Below, one piece after another: positions 40,100 to 53,405 of a stretch of DNA of 64,000 nt. Made by a program: the position numbers and the translations under genes. The DNA comes from Chlorokybus atmophyticus (lineage: Eukaryota > Plantae > Mesostigma and Chlorokybus algae). The notes beneath the pieces were generated by a model. That model was not told where the DNA came from, did not search any database, and worked only from the letters and a program-made list of their open reading frames with translations. Position 1 is the first letter of the stretch. Every line of letters begins with the position of its first letter. The DNA is taken from NCBI GenBank assembly GCA_009103225.1, contig RHPI01002503.1, positions 811,585 to 875,584 on the forward strand, written 5' to 3'.

Positions 40100-42110
40100 T
40101 CATGTCATCTCCGGGTCATCTGCCGTGATTGGAGACGGAGGCGGCCTGTCCCGCTGCTCCCGATGCCGATGCCGCCGCCGCCACCTGTCACGCCTGCTCG
40201 CGGCTTCACCACCACCCTCGCCATCGGATGCACTGTCCATATCAATATCGCTGCTGGAGGCGGGACCCTCATTGCTGAGGCCGAAGAAGTCGTTCGCTGG
40301 CTGGTCTGCTACACCTGTACTCGCCTGCATGACAAAACAGTCTCAAACGTGTTCCTTGTTGTTCTGTCGCAGTCTGTCTCTGTTCTGAAGTGTACACACG
40401 TATGCACACATAGTGCCTCACCTCACTGTCTTGCCTCCGCTGCCTCTCGGCCATCATCCTCTCGCGCAGCAAGCCCTCGAGTACCTCTTTGTTCATAACA
40501 CTCTCACCGCTACCCTGCTGTTGTTCCCGTTGTCGTTGTTCATTCATACCCACCCGCGCACTCCTGTCCAAGTCCCCATCAACCCCTCTTGCCCGCGCTT
40601 GCTCCTCCCTCGCCTTGAGCTTCTCTCTAAACACCCCCTGCAATGAGTCACCACCACATCAGCTTCAGTCAAGTAAACACTATCGTACGTAAGGGCGAGG
40701 ACACAACAACCCCACTAACACACGAGCGCACATATATGCAGCCACGCCCGGACACACATGCGCACACATGACGCGCATACATGTGTACGCGCATGCATTT
40801 GCTCACGCTGATGCTCACAGGCAGGCACTGACCTCAAGAGTGTGCCCGGTTTGCAACAACATTGCATCATGAGGAGGCACAATGCGTTTGATGCTATTGC
40901 CATCGCCAGTTGCAACATCTCCACCTCCACCCAGGTTTATATCAAGCCCGCTGCTGGGACTGCTGTTGTTGTTGTTCGCGTGCCTCGCTTCAACGGCCTG
41001 CTGCAACGCCCGCGCATGTGCATTCTCTGGAAATAGCTCCTGCAAGCTATTGCATGCATCCAACTTGTTCCTTCGGTCCCACCACACGCAGCGGGATGAT
41101 GCGCGCAAGCGTGTGTGTGCATGTGTACATAATCTTACATGCAGCGTGCTTCGCCTGCGAGTTTGGAGTCGGGTATAGCGAGAACACCCTGCAGGCAGTT
41201 GAGGTGTGCCCCAGCAGCATAATTGAGCCCGACTGGCATCGCCACAACTACATACAGACAGGCGTCACACCAGTGGACTGAGTAATTGTTGGCTACATGC
41301 ACTTTAGCCCAAAATTGGCTTGAGAATGTAACACCATTACTTACAACCAGCAGCAGCCGCGCGCAGGAAGCGGTTGAGTCGAATTGGCATCATGCGCGAG
41401 CCGACTGCGCAAAACAGGCTCAGTTACTGTCTTTGCAAGTAGGCACACAACTGATGGTGAGTTGTCGGTTTCACAAGCGTAATGTGCTGATGTTGTGCCA
41501 AGCTTACGGAGGTAATAGCCGAGGACGGAGGTGCCGGCGAAGCCCAGGCCGAGGCGGCGCATCAGCTCTGATCTGCATTCTCCTAAAGCCTGTAACTCGT
41601 TCGCTGTCAACGCATGCTGCAAACGAAGAGAAAAGAATAATGACTGGTTAGTCACTGTCCAGCTGTTATTGTGCAAAGCCATGCATGATGGCAACAGCTG
41701 GTTGCATGTTATGAGAAGTGTGCTGGATTAGCGAACGGGTCGTGCAAACCTTTACATGCACGACGTAAAAAGCTCCATGCTCACAAGCTCGCTCGGTTCA
41801 GGCAAGTAGAGTCAGCGTCCGACTGACAATGCTATTGGGGATGACACGCGCCTACTCACGAGCATGGAAGACTGCGTTATGCAACTCAGCGACGTGCACA
41901 ACAAAAGACAAAGCCATGGAAAACTGTACTTGTTTCCAATGTTTAAACGCTCAAGCTGATGTTCCTGTAATATCCTGCTGGCCTGATGGTTATGCGCGCA
42001 TACATACCCACACGCACACACACCTTATATACGATGACCCTCTTTGCGAGCTCCTTGAAGGTGGTGCGCGACACTTCCATGGTCCCCATGTGGTCCCGTA
42101 GCCGCTCCAT
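40100..42110 (-). CDS. Uncharacterised multi-exon protein with two predicted hydrophobic helices
   Basis: Exons with GT-AG boundaries, most joining in frame: MERLRDHMGTMEVSRTTFKELAKRVIVYK|ASRILQEHQLERL..|HALTANELQALGECRSELMRRLGLGFAGTSVLGYYLLGSRMMPIRLNRFLRAAAAGVVAMPVGLNYAAGAHLNCLQGVLAIPDSKLAGEARCILQELF..; TGA at 40100-40102. One exon near 41760-41840 is unresolved. Confidence 0.65.
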
Positions 42111-43108
42111 GACTCCACCACGACGACGATGCCGCCCGCCAACACGCTCTACCTCGCCGCCGCCGCTGCTGCTGGCCCACGGACGCTGGTTGCATGCAGG
42201 TGCTGCTGAGAAGTGGATGAATGATGTCAAAGTCTATCATCTGCGTAATTGAGTCATCTGGCGCATGATGTCCAAGTCTGGTGTGGTTGTGTACTTTTAC
42301 CGTGGTGTGCTTTCACTGGTGTTGGGTTCTGTAATTGTCATCGTTTTTGCTGCTGGTGTTGTTTGCATGCTGGCAAAATACGGTCGCATTCATCCAACTA
42401 CCATCAACACCAACATTTGGCGTTGTCCTCAAGACGGCTGCTTGCCTGTCTGCACCCTTACATACATACACGGCACATATAGCATGTAGCATAGCAAATT
42501 AGGGGCCTTGCGTGTAGTTGAACCTGTCAGCATACCGATGTGCTTAGTGCCTTGAGTGCCGAAAGAGTGTCAAGTAAATGTTAACATACGCTGCGCACGC
42601 CGAGTGTGGAAATGATGTTTGCCATAATTTTGATTTAAATATGTGTTGCACGAGCACATCATGCCGAGTCATCACTGCATATTAGACATAATATGTATCG
42701 TGTACATATTACGTACATGTGATAGCGCACCAAGACAAGTTATAAAGGCATGAACTCTGCGGGGTCTCCCTCGGACCGGACAGTTGTCGTACGGAGTAGG
42801 ACTCCATGCATTTTCTCCCTCCCACGGTGGGTTCATACATATTACAAGTTGTACTGCGAGTTGCAACTCGAATGGGGCCTATCTCTCTCATCATTATAAA
42901 GCTTTGCATAACAATTGTTTGGCCCTCATAATACTCTCTCATGAAACATGTCCACAAGAGGATAAGAGCCTGCATATAAGTTTATTAATGGCACTGCAGC
43001 GAGTAACATGTATAAGCCGCTAACTACCAATCAAGCAATGTAAGTAGCTGTAATATTTGCGCCTTAACCACTAGGCTATGGCAGCAAAAGTCGCTACCAT
43101 GGGAGGAG

Positions 43109-43175
43109 CCACGTGCCATTCATACATGTCCCATTTCATGCAATATGGAATGGGACATGTATAAATGGCACGTGG
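43109..43175. repeat. Inverted repeat with 31 bp arms and a 5 nt loop
   Basis: CCACGTGCCATTCATACATGTCCCATTTCAT-gcaat-ATGGAATGGGACATGTATAAATGGCACGTGG; 2 mismatches. Confidence 0.9.
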
Positions 43176-44474
43176 TATGACATCAACTGCGAAAGTGATT
43201 TTAAGACTTTGAAAACTTCAACACTACAACAATGCTCAATAACAGGCTGACTTGCAACCGTACTAGATTATTCTCACATACTGTATGAGTAACAAATTTT
43301 TTCAGACATTGTATTAATGAATATGAATGGCAGGAACGACACTCATCAGTATATATTGCCAAACCTCGCACCTTATTGCGAGAGCATTTTTGACGTGTGA
43401 AACTCTTAATTATTATGGTTGAGCAATCAACATGAGTATCTTGTGGAAAATCGTAGAGTGTTTGTGGTTATCATAACATGATGTAGCCTTCAAGTGCGCA
43501 ATGTGTTCTCAACTAAGACAACATCGCAATCTTTACGACCGCGCCGTTGGGCAAAGCGAGGTTGCAAGAAAGAGGATCTTTGCCGAGTAGGTTCCAGAGG
43601 CAGTATGTAGTGGCGAAGTTGTCGTTGAAAGCACAGATGACATGATATGCCTTTTTAGCCCCCCACTCTGGTGACAAACTCAGCTACGAGAATGCCTTGG
43701 CGAGGGGGGCGGGTGCGAGTGTCCCCGTCAAGGCTCCACCATGGTGGAGACGCTGTAAAAGCGGGAGACCGCAACATCTAAGATCTGAACTTCCTCGCGA
43801 ACAGCATCCCATGCGGAGCTGGCAAATAGCCAAATCGCCCTGATTGCTACGTGGTTGAATAAACTTCGTACGTGTTCAAGTGTTGAGTTATTACGCAAAC
43901 CATAATGTGGTTTAAACATTGTACAGTTTCACTCTCAAATTTAAAAATGGACTCTTGCATTGTTAATTCGCTTATCACAACTAGTAATAACCATCAAACG
44001 TTAAAGATGTAAAAGTCTCGACATTTGTTACGAGTAGTGGAATTGTTGATGAAGCTTCTCGGCGACTTTAATGGCTTATACAGTGTCGTGTTCCCAATGG
44101 GCATACGCAAAAGCGCAATGCAGTCAATGCAGTAGAGTTACCATGTGTAACGTTTGTATCTTCCATCCTTTGTTCAACAATGTCGTTAGCGGCAATTTCG
44201 GTGAATAAGCATAATGGCACTACATTCACATAAGGCGTATTGATGGCTGTGTAGCAAGTAGCCTTGTCGATGCCTTGAGCGGCTCACGCTTTTATTATGA
44301 TAAAAGTGTTGATTAAAAACGCTTTTAAAATATCGCGTTGGCGTTTTACTCATAAATCGAGACGCTTTCATGGTATCGCATCTAAGATTTACAATTTTGT
44401 TATTATTTCGCTTTTCGCTTGCCATATGTTACAAAATTGCAATGTTGAGTTGGCAGCAAAGTTGTGACACATGA

Positions 44475-44748
44475 GGTCCTTGACCATTGGGTTATAACAA
44501 GGATGAACCATGCCCTAGTTAGAATAATATAACATCTTACGCTGTTGTAACATAGTCAAGGATCACAAGGGAATAACCCAGTAGTCAAGACCCCATGCGA
44601 TCTTTGACCATTGAGTTATCGCGAGAATGAGCGAACATAAAATTGTCACACATGTTACGAAGCGTACAATCATTGTACATGATGCTTTGTTCTCCTAGGT
44701 TTAACTAGGGTGGCGCTCATTCCTGCTATAACCCAATGCTCAAGGACC
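44475..44748. mobile_element. MITE/foldback-like element (274 bp) with ~48 bp imperfect TIRs
   Basis: ggtccttgaccattgggttataacaaggatgaaccatgccctagtta vs the reverse complement of taactagggtggcgctcattcctgctataacccaatgctcaaggacc. Two further internal copies of the core motif. TSD not identified. Confidence 0.6.
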
Positions 44749-46827
44749 CTATTTGGTACAACTTCGCTGCACCAACCAACCGTTGTAAAGTGAAAAGTAC
44801 AAAATATTACACGCAAATGCAAGATATTAAACGCAATTGAGTTGTAGCTGCAATCATATGAAATTGCAATATGAGCAGAACCACAACTTAATGGGTAAAT
44901 AACACGTTTGATAGTGAACCATTAGTGTAGTAAACATGCAACTTTTAGTACAACATGCTACTGTTTCAGTGATGTTTTATAGAGTACATGTATCATGGGG
45001 ATAGCACGTGGGGCGCTCATGATTGCAGCGGCTTAAAATCGTTGTATTTTTGAGATGGTAAACCATCCCCCCCGCCACGCGTTAAATCTTGCCCACTTTA
45101 CTTAGCAATGTGGGAAGGAAATGCCTTTAATAGCGCAATGCTAATTTGTATATAACTTTTAAGCACCACTTAAAAGTGGTGCATTTTGCACAATTGGTCA
45201 ACTTGCGTCTGTGTCACGGTCACACTTCAACCATTACTGATAAGGTAAATCAAAAGCCGCTTTATTGCATTATTTGCGACTGTGTATTATTGATAACCGC
45301 TTGTACATGTGCTATTGGTACATCATACCTTCCTCACCAAATTTTTCTTTTACGTGTCATTTCTCTTATCAAAGCTCGCGATAGCGCTTTTATCTGATGA
45401 GAAAAATTATTACGCACACAATTTCAATCAACATGTCAAGTTCAAGTTTATAAACATTAGTTTTATGAAATACATAGTTGCGTATATTGCATGCTTTACT
45501 GTATATCAAAAACATTGGTGGAGACACCACATCAGCGGCACTTGTCACAGCTTGATGGGTAATCTTGCATATGGATGTTATAAGTGCTATACATCAATAC
45601 ACACTATTCATGTTTCACATTATGTTATTGATGTAGCAACATTATTGATGCGCTTAAGTTTTCCAAATATGTGACCTTAATATCACCAGAGCATGCAAGC
45701 TGTTGGCACATCAACAGCTATCATGGCCATGGCTCCCAGCAAAAGAATTAACCACATGCATGCAATGATTGCTTTGGACCATTATATTAGGCTCATGCTC
45801 GGCTCCTTTGATATCCCTCTTGAAATTGTCAAGGGCATACACATTATTGGCAAGAAACAACAGCGTAACGGGATTTATTAGCGCGAGCAATAAAGTTTTT
45901 CATTTTATGATTTGGCATGGGCAAGCAGGTGTGGTCCGCAGTCGCAGTTATTATTAGCAATTGCCGGCAACACACTTGTGGCTAATGCAGCCTTTAACCA
46001 ACCTTTTATTAACATGCTCATAGGTTAACGTTATCTACGGACTTGCAAAAATGATGTAAGGCTTGGGAAGACCACGTCCATATGGATGGCTTCCTACAGC
46101 GCTAACAACTATGCACACAAAATGTGTACTTTGAATACCACATAGCAACGGTGAGGTTTGCATAAAAGGCACTGCCCTCGCTTATATCCAAGCTGTCTTT
46201 TTGTTGCAATTTGGTTAAAAGCAGCAGTGCGAAAGCCTCTAAGAGGGATGATGGTAAAGAGCCATCACAGGTGGTCATGAGTCAATAGGTGGATTAGCTC
46301 TGTTAGTAATCGACGTGTGCTTGTTTGCACATGTGCTCGATGAATAAGATAATTAGTCATGGTATTTCTTCACACATGAAGAGCTTGCGGTAGGCATTGT
46401 TCTACTCACTTTTAAAATGGCAAATGCAAGTGTAGTTATCTTCCATTAATATGCACTTGCAGCAAAACTTTTATAACAAGGTACTTGTAATGATTGGCTT
46501 GTTGTCTGCAACTAAAGCGGCGAGTAATAGAAATCTTTTTCAGGTCTATGTAATAAATTTTGTTGACAGAGTATTTTTAGCTTAATGCGCAAGCTTGTCA
46601 CGTGAGGAGTGGTATAATACCATAGATACCTATACATTAGGGTTGTAATGTAATTCACCAAAGTCGGTCACCGACATGATGAAGGCAACGAACCCGCAAG
46701 AGCAAAGATGCTATCAACTTCTCCAAAAATCGGCAAGCATAACACCCGTAACCAGTCTCTTTTTAATAGTCATTGTTAAGAAGTGTTAAGAAGTGTTATG
46801 ACAAGACAATTCGTTTATATACAGCCT

Positions 46828-47227
46828 ATATACTGATCATGTAGAACTCTAAAATATATTTGTGATATTGTGAATAAATGCATACAATCGTATCATACTT
46901 ATCAAGGGGCCGTTCTGTCACGGTGTGCATGCTATAATATCATGCATCGTGGGGTTGGCATACATAAAATGTACAACTCTACATTGAATGCATGGTTGAA
47001 CATCAATATTACATACAGTTGTCACAATATACTGATCATGTAGAACTCTAAAATATATTTGTGATATTGTGAATAAATGCATACAATCGTATCATACTTA
47101 TCAAGGGGCCGTTCTGTCACGGTGTGCATGCTATAATATCATGCATCGTGGGGTTAGCATACATAAAATGTACAACTCTACATTGAATGCATGGTTGAAC
47201 ATCAATATTACACACAGTTGTCACAAT
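46828..47227. repeat. Tandem duplication of a 199 bp unit (2 nearly identical copies)
   Basis: atatactgatcatgtagaactctaaaatat.. begins at both 46828 and 47027. Confidence 0.95.
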
Positions 47228-47868
47228 GTGGCATATTAATTCATAATATAAACTTTAAAAAAGTATTTAAATATAAATATTATAATAATATTGTATTTAT
47301 TAAAAAACAATGCCCCCCTCCCCCCCATCATGATAGAGGGGGGGGGGGGGGAGGGGGAAATAGTACATGGCACACTTGCGTCGAGTGACTGCGGTGGTGA
47401 TGTTCAAGTGTATTGTGGGTGACAGCATAACGAAGTATGTGAACATTGTGTTATGCTTTGTAGGTTTCAACACTAGATCCTCTGAAGTGTACACGACAAA
47501 AGTACACTTGACGGTCATGGTAAGCAGTTGCGTTTCAAATGCTGTGGGCTGCAGGGTCCCATAAATTACGGGCCATGATGCCATGTTATGATGAACTCAT
47601 AGCGGCGCCGCGCTTCATGTCGGCGGCGAAGTAACCGGATCAGCCGACCCGGTTGTTCGCTCGAGCGCAGAAACGACCCGCTCGCTTGCGCTCTCCGCTC
47701 ATGCAAAGGCCAAGTGTGCCAGCAGCACAGCACGGCGGCGGCAGCGGCGGCGGCGGCGAAGCGGCTTGGTGAGGCGGCCGCAAGGAGGTGTCACCAGTGG
47801 CGTAGCTGGTGGGGTGGTCGGGTGGGTTTTGAGAGAGCATTGAGCGATACCCCCAAGCTGCTGGCGCA

Positions 47869-50800
47869 ATGGCCGCCGCTGCGCATTGTGCCGCTGGGCC
47901 GTCGGTGTCCAGTGCCTCCGCAGCCTCCTCCTTGAAAGCAGCTAGTAGGGCGTCGTCCGGGAGCAGACGTGCGGAGCGGAAAGCTGCCAAGAAGGCGGGC
48001 GGTCTGCGCAGCGGGTTTCTAGCTGGAGAGCGGCTGATAGCATCAGCAGCTTCTGCTCCTGCGCAACCCCGCTGCTGTAAAGTGAGCTGCACAGCAGAGG
48101 CTGTCGCTAGCGCAGACGCCTCCGCTCCTGCATTCTTGGCGTGGAAGAATGACGCCACTGTTAAGAAGAGGGAAGACATTAAGACCGTCATGGTGCTCGG
48201 TGCTGGCCCAATTGTCATTGGCCAGGCGTGCGAGTTCGACTACTCTGGCACCCAGGCTTGCAAGGCTCTCAAGGTGCATGCCTCTCACTTGCATGTACAT
48301 GCAACGCTCAGAACGCGGCATGTAGCTGGTGCTGTGTTCAAGTCACCTGTTTCACATACCTCATGAGGCGTCATGTTGCAAGTAAAACGTCACATTGCAA
48401 TTCCTTCTACAAGTGACAGCCTGTGTTGTGTATGAAGAATGTAACTCCCACAGTTAGGTGAATGTAATGCAATGCATGCGCATGCACAACTGTGTACGGG
48501 CTTGTTCTCCAGTTGCTCACGCATGTCTCATGACTTGACAGGGTGAAGGCTATCGAGTTGTGCTTATCAACTCCAACCCTGCCACAATTATGACGGATCC
48601 AGAGACAGCTGACAGCACATATGTCACGCCCATGACGCCTCAACTCGTGGAGAAGATCATCGAGCGGGAACGTCCCGACGCTATCTTGCCTACAATGGGC
48701 GGTCAGACTGCTCTCAACCTTGCTGTGGCCCTTTCCGAGCAAGGCATCCTTGACAAGTAAGTTGTTGCATGCACTTGGTGTTCAAGGTGTGAAAGGTATA
48801 GTGTGACAAATGTGACATGCACAGGTACAATGTTGAGCTGATTGGCGCCAAGTTGGACGCTATCAGGAAGGCAGAGGACAGGCTGCTGTTCCAAAATGCA
48901 TGCAACAAGCTTGGTATTAAGTCGTCCCCGTCTGGCATTGCCAATACTATGGAAGACGCTTGGGCGGTGGCTGCAAAGGTACTCACCATGCCTCATCACT
49001 AATTTGAGCTGGATTGTAGCCTCACACATTCAATATTACAATGTGCGATTTTAACCTTTGTTGAACAGATTGGAGAATACCCATTGATTATCCGGCCTGC
49101 GTTCACACTTGGAGGCACTGGCGGCGGAATCGCATACAACCCAGAGGAGTTTGAGCAGATCATCAATGCTGGGTTGACAGCGTCTCTGACAAGCCAAGTC
49201 CTGGTGGAGAAGTCTCTGTTGGGATGGAAGGAGTACGAGTTGGAGGTCATGCGTGACCTTGCCGACAATGTGGTTATCATCTGTTCCATCGAGAACATTG
49301 ACCCCATGGGTGTGCATACCGGCGATTCTGTCACTCTTGCGCCAGCCCAGACTCTCACAGACAAGGAGTACCAGGTGAGAGAGGCTCTGTGCTTCAAGCT
49401 CTTTGGTGGCTAGCGACAGGCAGTTGTGCATGTTGATTGCTTGGTAACAATCGCGGCTTGCAGAGGCTACGTGACATGTCTGTTGCCATCATCCGGGAGA
49501 TTGGTGTGGAGTGCGGTGGCTCCAACGTGCAGTTTGCCGTCAACCCTGCTGATGGTGAAGTCATGATCATTGAAATGAACCCGCGCGTGTCCCGCTCCTC
49601 TGCTCTTGCATCAAAGGCAACAGGTATGCTTTGAAGCAGACAGCGGGAAACATTCATGAGGTGCAAGGCATTATCGTGATAGCTTCAACGTGATCTATTG
49701 GAACACACGAATCTACGCAACAATGCATGTGTTGGTGTTCATAGCGATTAAATGTCTGCAGGTTTCCCCATTGCTAAGATGGCAGCCAAGCTCTCCATCG
49801 GGTACACTCTTGACCAGATCCCGAACGACATCACAAAGAAAACGCCAGCGAGCTTCGAGCCATCCATTGATTACGTCGTCACCAAGATCCCTCGCTTTGC
49901 CTTTGAGAAGTTCCCGGGTTCCCAGCCAATCCTCACCACCCAGATGAAGTCTGTGGGTGAGGCCATGGCTGTTGGCCGCACTTTCCAGGAGTCATTCCAG
50001 AAAGCCATGCGGTCGCTTGAAGTTGGAGTGTCTGGTTGGGTGAGCCCCAAGAAGTCAGCCGACAGGTACACAATCAGACATGGTATATCAGTTCTTGCTC
50101 TGCCATAATGAGTTAGTTTCTGCTGTCATGATGTACGACAACATGGTTGGCCAGGCTGGTAAAGAGCAATTTACAACTCTGCAGGAACCGCGTTATGTAC
50201 AACCTCCGCAACCCCAACCCAGATCGGTTCTTGTGGTTGCACGAGGCTATGGTGCAAGGCATGAGCAATGCTGAAATTCACGACCTTACGAAGATGGACC
50301 CTTGGTTCCTCACGCAGTGGCGCGAGTTGTTTGATGTGGAGAACTTCTTGCGCAGCATCAAGCTGGAGCAGCTGACGAGCGAAGATATGTGGGAAGCAAA
50401 ACGTCGTGGTTTTTCGGACGAGCAGATTGCATCCTTTGTGGGTGCGAAGGCCCTTGAGGTCAGCGATTGCACACATAAGCTATGTGTGCTTGTCGAGTGT
50501 TTGCAGCTTCAGCATTGCAAGTATCTGATTGCAATTGCTTGAACAGGTGCGTGCTCGGCGCAAGGAGTTGGGTGTGGTGCCGATCTACAAGCGTGTGGAC
50601 ACATGTGCAGCAGAATTTGAGGCTGAAACCAACTACATGTACAGTTGCTACGATTACGGCGAGTGCGAGGCCAACACCACCAGCAAGAAGAAGGTGCTGA
50701 TCCTTGGCGGCGGCCCCAACCGCATTGGTCAGGGCATTGAGTTCGACTACTGCTGCTGCCATGCAGCGTTCTCCCTGGCCGCAGCCGGCTTCGAGACCAT

Positions 50801-52417
50801 TATGATGAACTCCAACCCCGAGACTGTGTCCACCGACTACGACACCAGTGACAGGCTGTACTTTGAGCCTTTGACTGTGGAGGACGTGTTAAATGTTATT
50901 GAGCTCGAGCGGCCGGACGGCATCATCGTGCAGTTTGGCGGCCAGACGCCCCTCAAGCTTGCGGTGCCGCTGAAGAACTTCCTTGATCAGTCTCAGCTGA
51001 AGGCAGCCAGCGGTTTGGGTGTCGTGAAGATATGGGGTACCAGCCCAGAATCAATTGATGCTGCCGAAGACCGCGATCAGTGGTATGATATCCTCAACGA
51101 GCTGAACATCAGGCAGCCTCCCGGTGGCATGGCCACGAGCGAGGCCGAGGCCTTGGCTGTTGCACAGAAAGTAGGCTACCCTGTCATGGTCCGCCCAAGC
51201 TACGTCCTCGGTGGCCGCGCGATGGAGATTGTTTCCAGCGACGAGCGGCTCAAGGTGTATCTTGAAACCGCTGTTGAAGTTGACCCCGAACGCCCCGTGT
51301 TGATCGATCAGTACCTGGATGATGCCACGGAGATTGATGTTGACTGCTTGGCTGATAGTGAAGGCAACGTCGTCATTGGCGGCATCATGGAGCACATCGA
51401 GCAGGCTGGCGTGCACAGTGGTGACTCTGCTTGCTCCATCCCCACGCAAACCGTGTCTGATGCTGCGCTTAAGACCATCAGGGAATGGACTGTCCAGCTG
51501 GCGAAGAGGCTGCAAGTTGTTGGGTTGATGAACATCCAGTACGCCGTGCTGGGTGACACTGTGTATATTCTAGAAGCCAACCCGCGTGCCAGTCGCACTG
51601 TGCCCTTCGTGTCTAAGGCCATTGGCCACCCGCTTGCAAAGTATGCTTCGCTCCTCATGTCCGGCCTTACACTGAAGGATCTTGACTTTGAAGAGGAGGT
51701 GATCCCCAAGCACGTGGCTGTCAAGGAGGCTGTCTTGCCCTTTGACAAGTTCCCTGGCGCTGATACCCTCCTTGGACCAGAAATGAGGTAAGTAACTTGC
51801 GAAGCTGTTGTTTGCAAGCGCATGCATCAGCAGTTCTTTGTTGTGTCGTTGATCAATACTTACAATATTTGAACCGCAGGAGCACTGGTGAGGTGATGGG
51901 CATCGATACAAACTTTGCCATGGCGTTTGCTAAGGCGCAGCTGGCTGCGAACCAGAAGATCCCCTTGGAAGGCACTGTCTTCATCGCCATGAACGACAAG
52001 ACCAAGCAGAAGATAGTCCCTGTTGCCAAGGGCTTGGTGGAGCTTGGTTTCAAGCTCGTTGCCACGTCTGGCACGGCCACCGTGCTGTATGAGAACGGCG
52101 TGGAGTGCTCGACCGTGCTGAAGATCCACGAAGGGCGGCCGAATGCGGGAGACCTGGTCACCACAGGAAAGATCCAGATGATGATTATCACGTCATCCGG
52201 CGACGAGCGGGATCTCAAGGACGGGCGCAACCTCCGACGGCTCGCGCTGGCGTACAAGGTGCCGCTCGTGACCACCGTGGCTGCGGCCAATGCCACGCTA
52301 CAGGCTATTCAGGGCATGAAGGCAGGCCCCATTGAGATGACACCCCTGCAAGACTTCTTCAATGTTGAGAAGGCAAAGGAGGCCGTTGCCCGAGCAGCTG
52401 AGTTGACAGCGGCTTGA
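47869..52417 (+). CDS. carB: Carbamoyl-phosphate synthase large subunit, plastid-targeted
   Basis: Ala/Ser/Arg-rich transit peptide, then [36 protein letters not shown]; [14 protein letters not shown]; [18 protein letters not shown]; [18 protein letters not shown]; [12 protein letters not shown]; [16 protein letters not shown]; C-terminal MGS domain; TGA at 52415-52417. Confidence 0.98.
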
Positions 52418-53405
52418 TGTGTAACACATCAAGCCGCTGTCAACTCAGCTGCTTCAGGTATTGACAATTGCTGACGTGTGCTAGGTGATAGGATCGTTGC
52501 ATAGCCCGATCACAAGTTTGTTAGCTTGGCCACGAAGTTGAATATTGGTATATCTGAATGGTTGTGCTTGGTGCCTCTCATGCCAAGCCGGTTGTAGTAC
52601 ATAGTAGCAAGTACATTATTGGAGCAGATATGAGTTGTTGTTTGGTTTACCAGGGTGGGGAGGTTGTAATGGCGGTCAAGAGTGGTTGTTGATGTCATGA
52701 AAGTAGTGTATGCTGCAACTAATGCAATCAACCTCAGTGGCCAGCATGGGTGTCGGAGTGGTCTAAAGGATATGTGAAGTGCTGTTTCGCACACGCATCA
52801 ACATGTGTGCAAGAGATAGTGTGCTACATATGCCGCATGCATGTGCTGTAGAACTTCTTTGTGCACAGGGTATACATGTCAATGGCAATTCGCACTTAGA
52901 TAAACATGTCTTGTACATTGCCCACCACATGTTGTTCTGGGTTGGTAGGCAGCTACGCATGCTAGCAGTGTATGGTGTAGAGTCGTGCTCTGGACTTGTA
53001 CACATTCACAGGGCAGGGCCACACAACAACTAATCTCGGGGCCTTGCACACCTACCATCGGAGTGCCCTGTGTGCATGTGCTATGTACTCAGCTATCACT
53101 GCAGTGCTGTCACCAGTTTGACACATAGCTACGCAGCAGTGTTCAGTGCCTAGCTCTGTAACAGGCTTCAACTAGGTTGAGGGCAGTGCATTGCTGCTGG
53201 ACCTTGAAGGCCAGCATGCAGCCAACCTTTGGCATGCCCAAGCCCTTACTGCGCTAGCTTTCTTCTTTGTGAACCCCAGAACTGCCCGTTCCAGCAACTC
53301 GCCACAGGCGAGAGTGGAAAGGGAAGCCAAGCCAAAGCCAGTGGTAAATATGTTGCAGGCTGGTGCTGACCCCACATGCAATGGGGGAGACTTATTATAC
53401 CGCTG

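Larger units (their letters stand above)
43100..47300 (+). mobile_element. AT-rich island, probable highly decayed Mutator-like (MULE) DNA transposon
   Basis: Marked drop in GC and no long ORFs. Ordered plus-strand fragments STITDKVNQKPL, KLAIALLSDEK, WRHHISGTCH, VCTC/(frameshift)HGISSH (SWIM-like) and GKHNTRN (knuckle-like) follow MULE domain order. Confidence 0.35.

Noticed and set aside
46828-47227. CRISPR-like array
   Set aside because: It is two adjacent 199 bp units with no spacers, in a eukaryotic context without cas genes.
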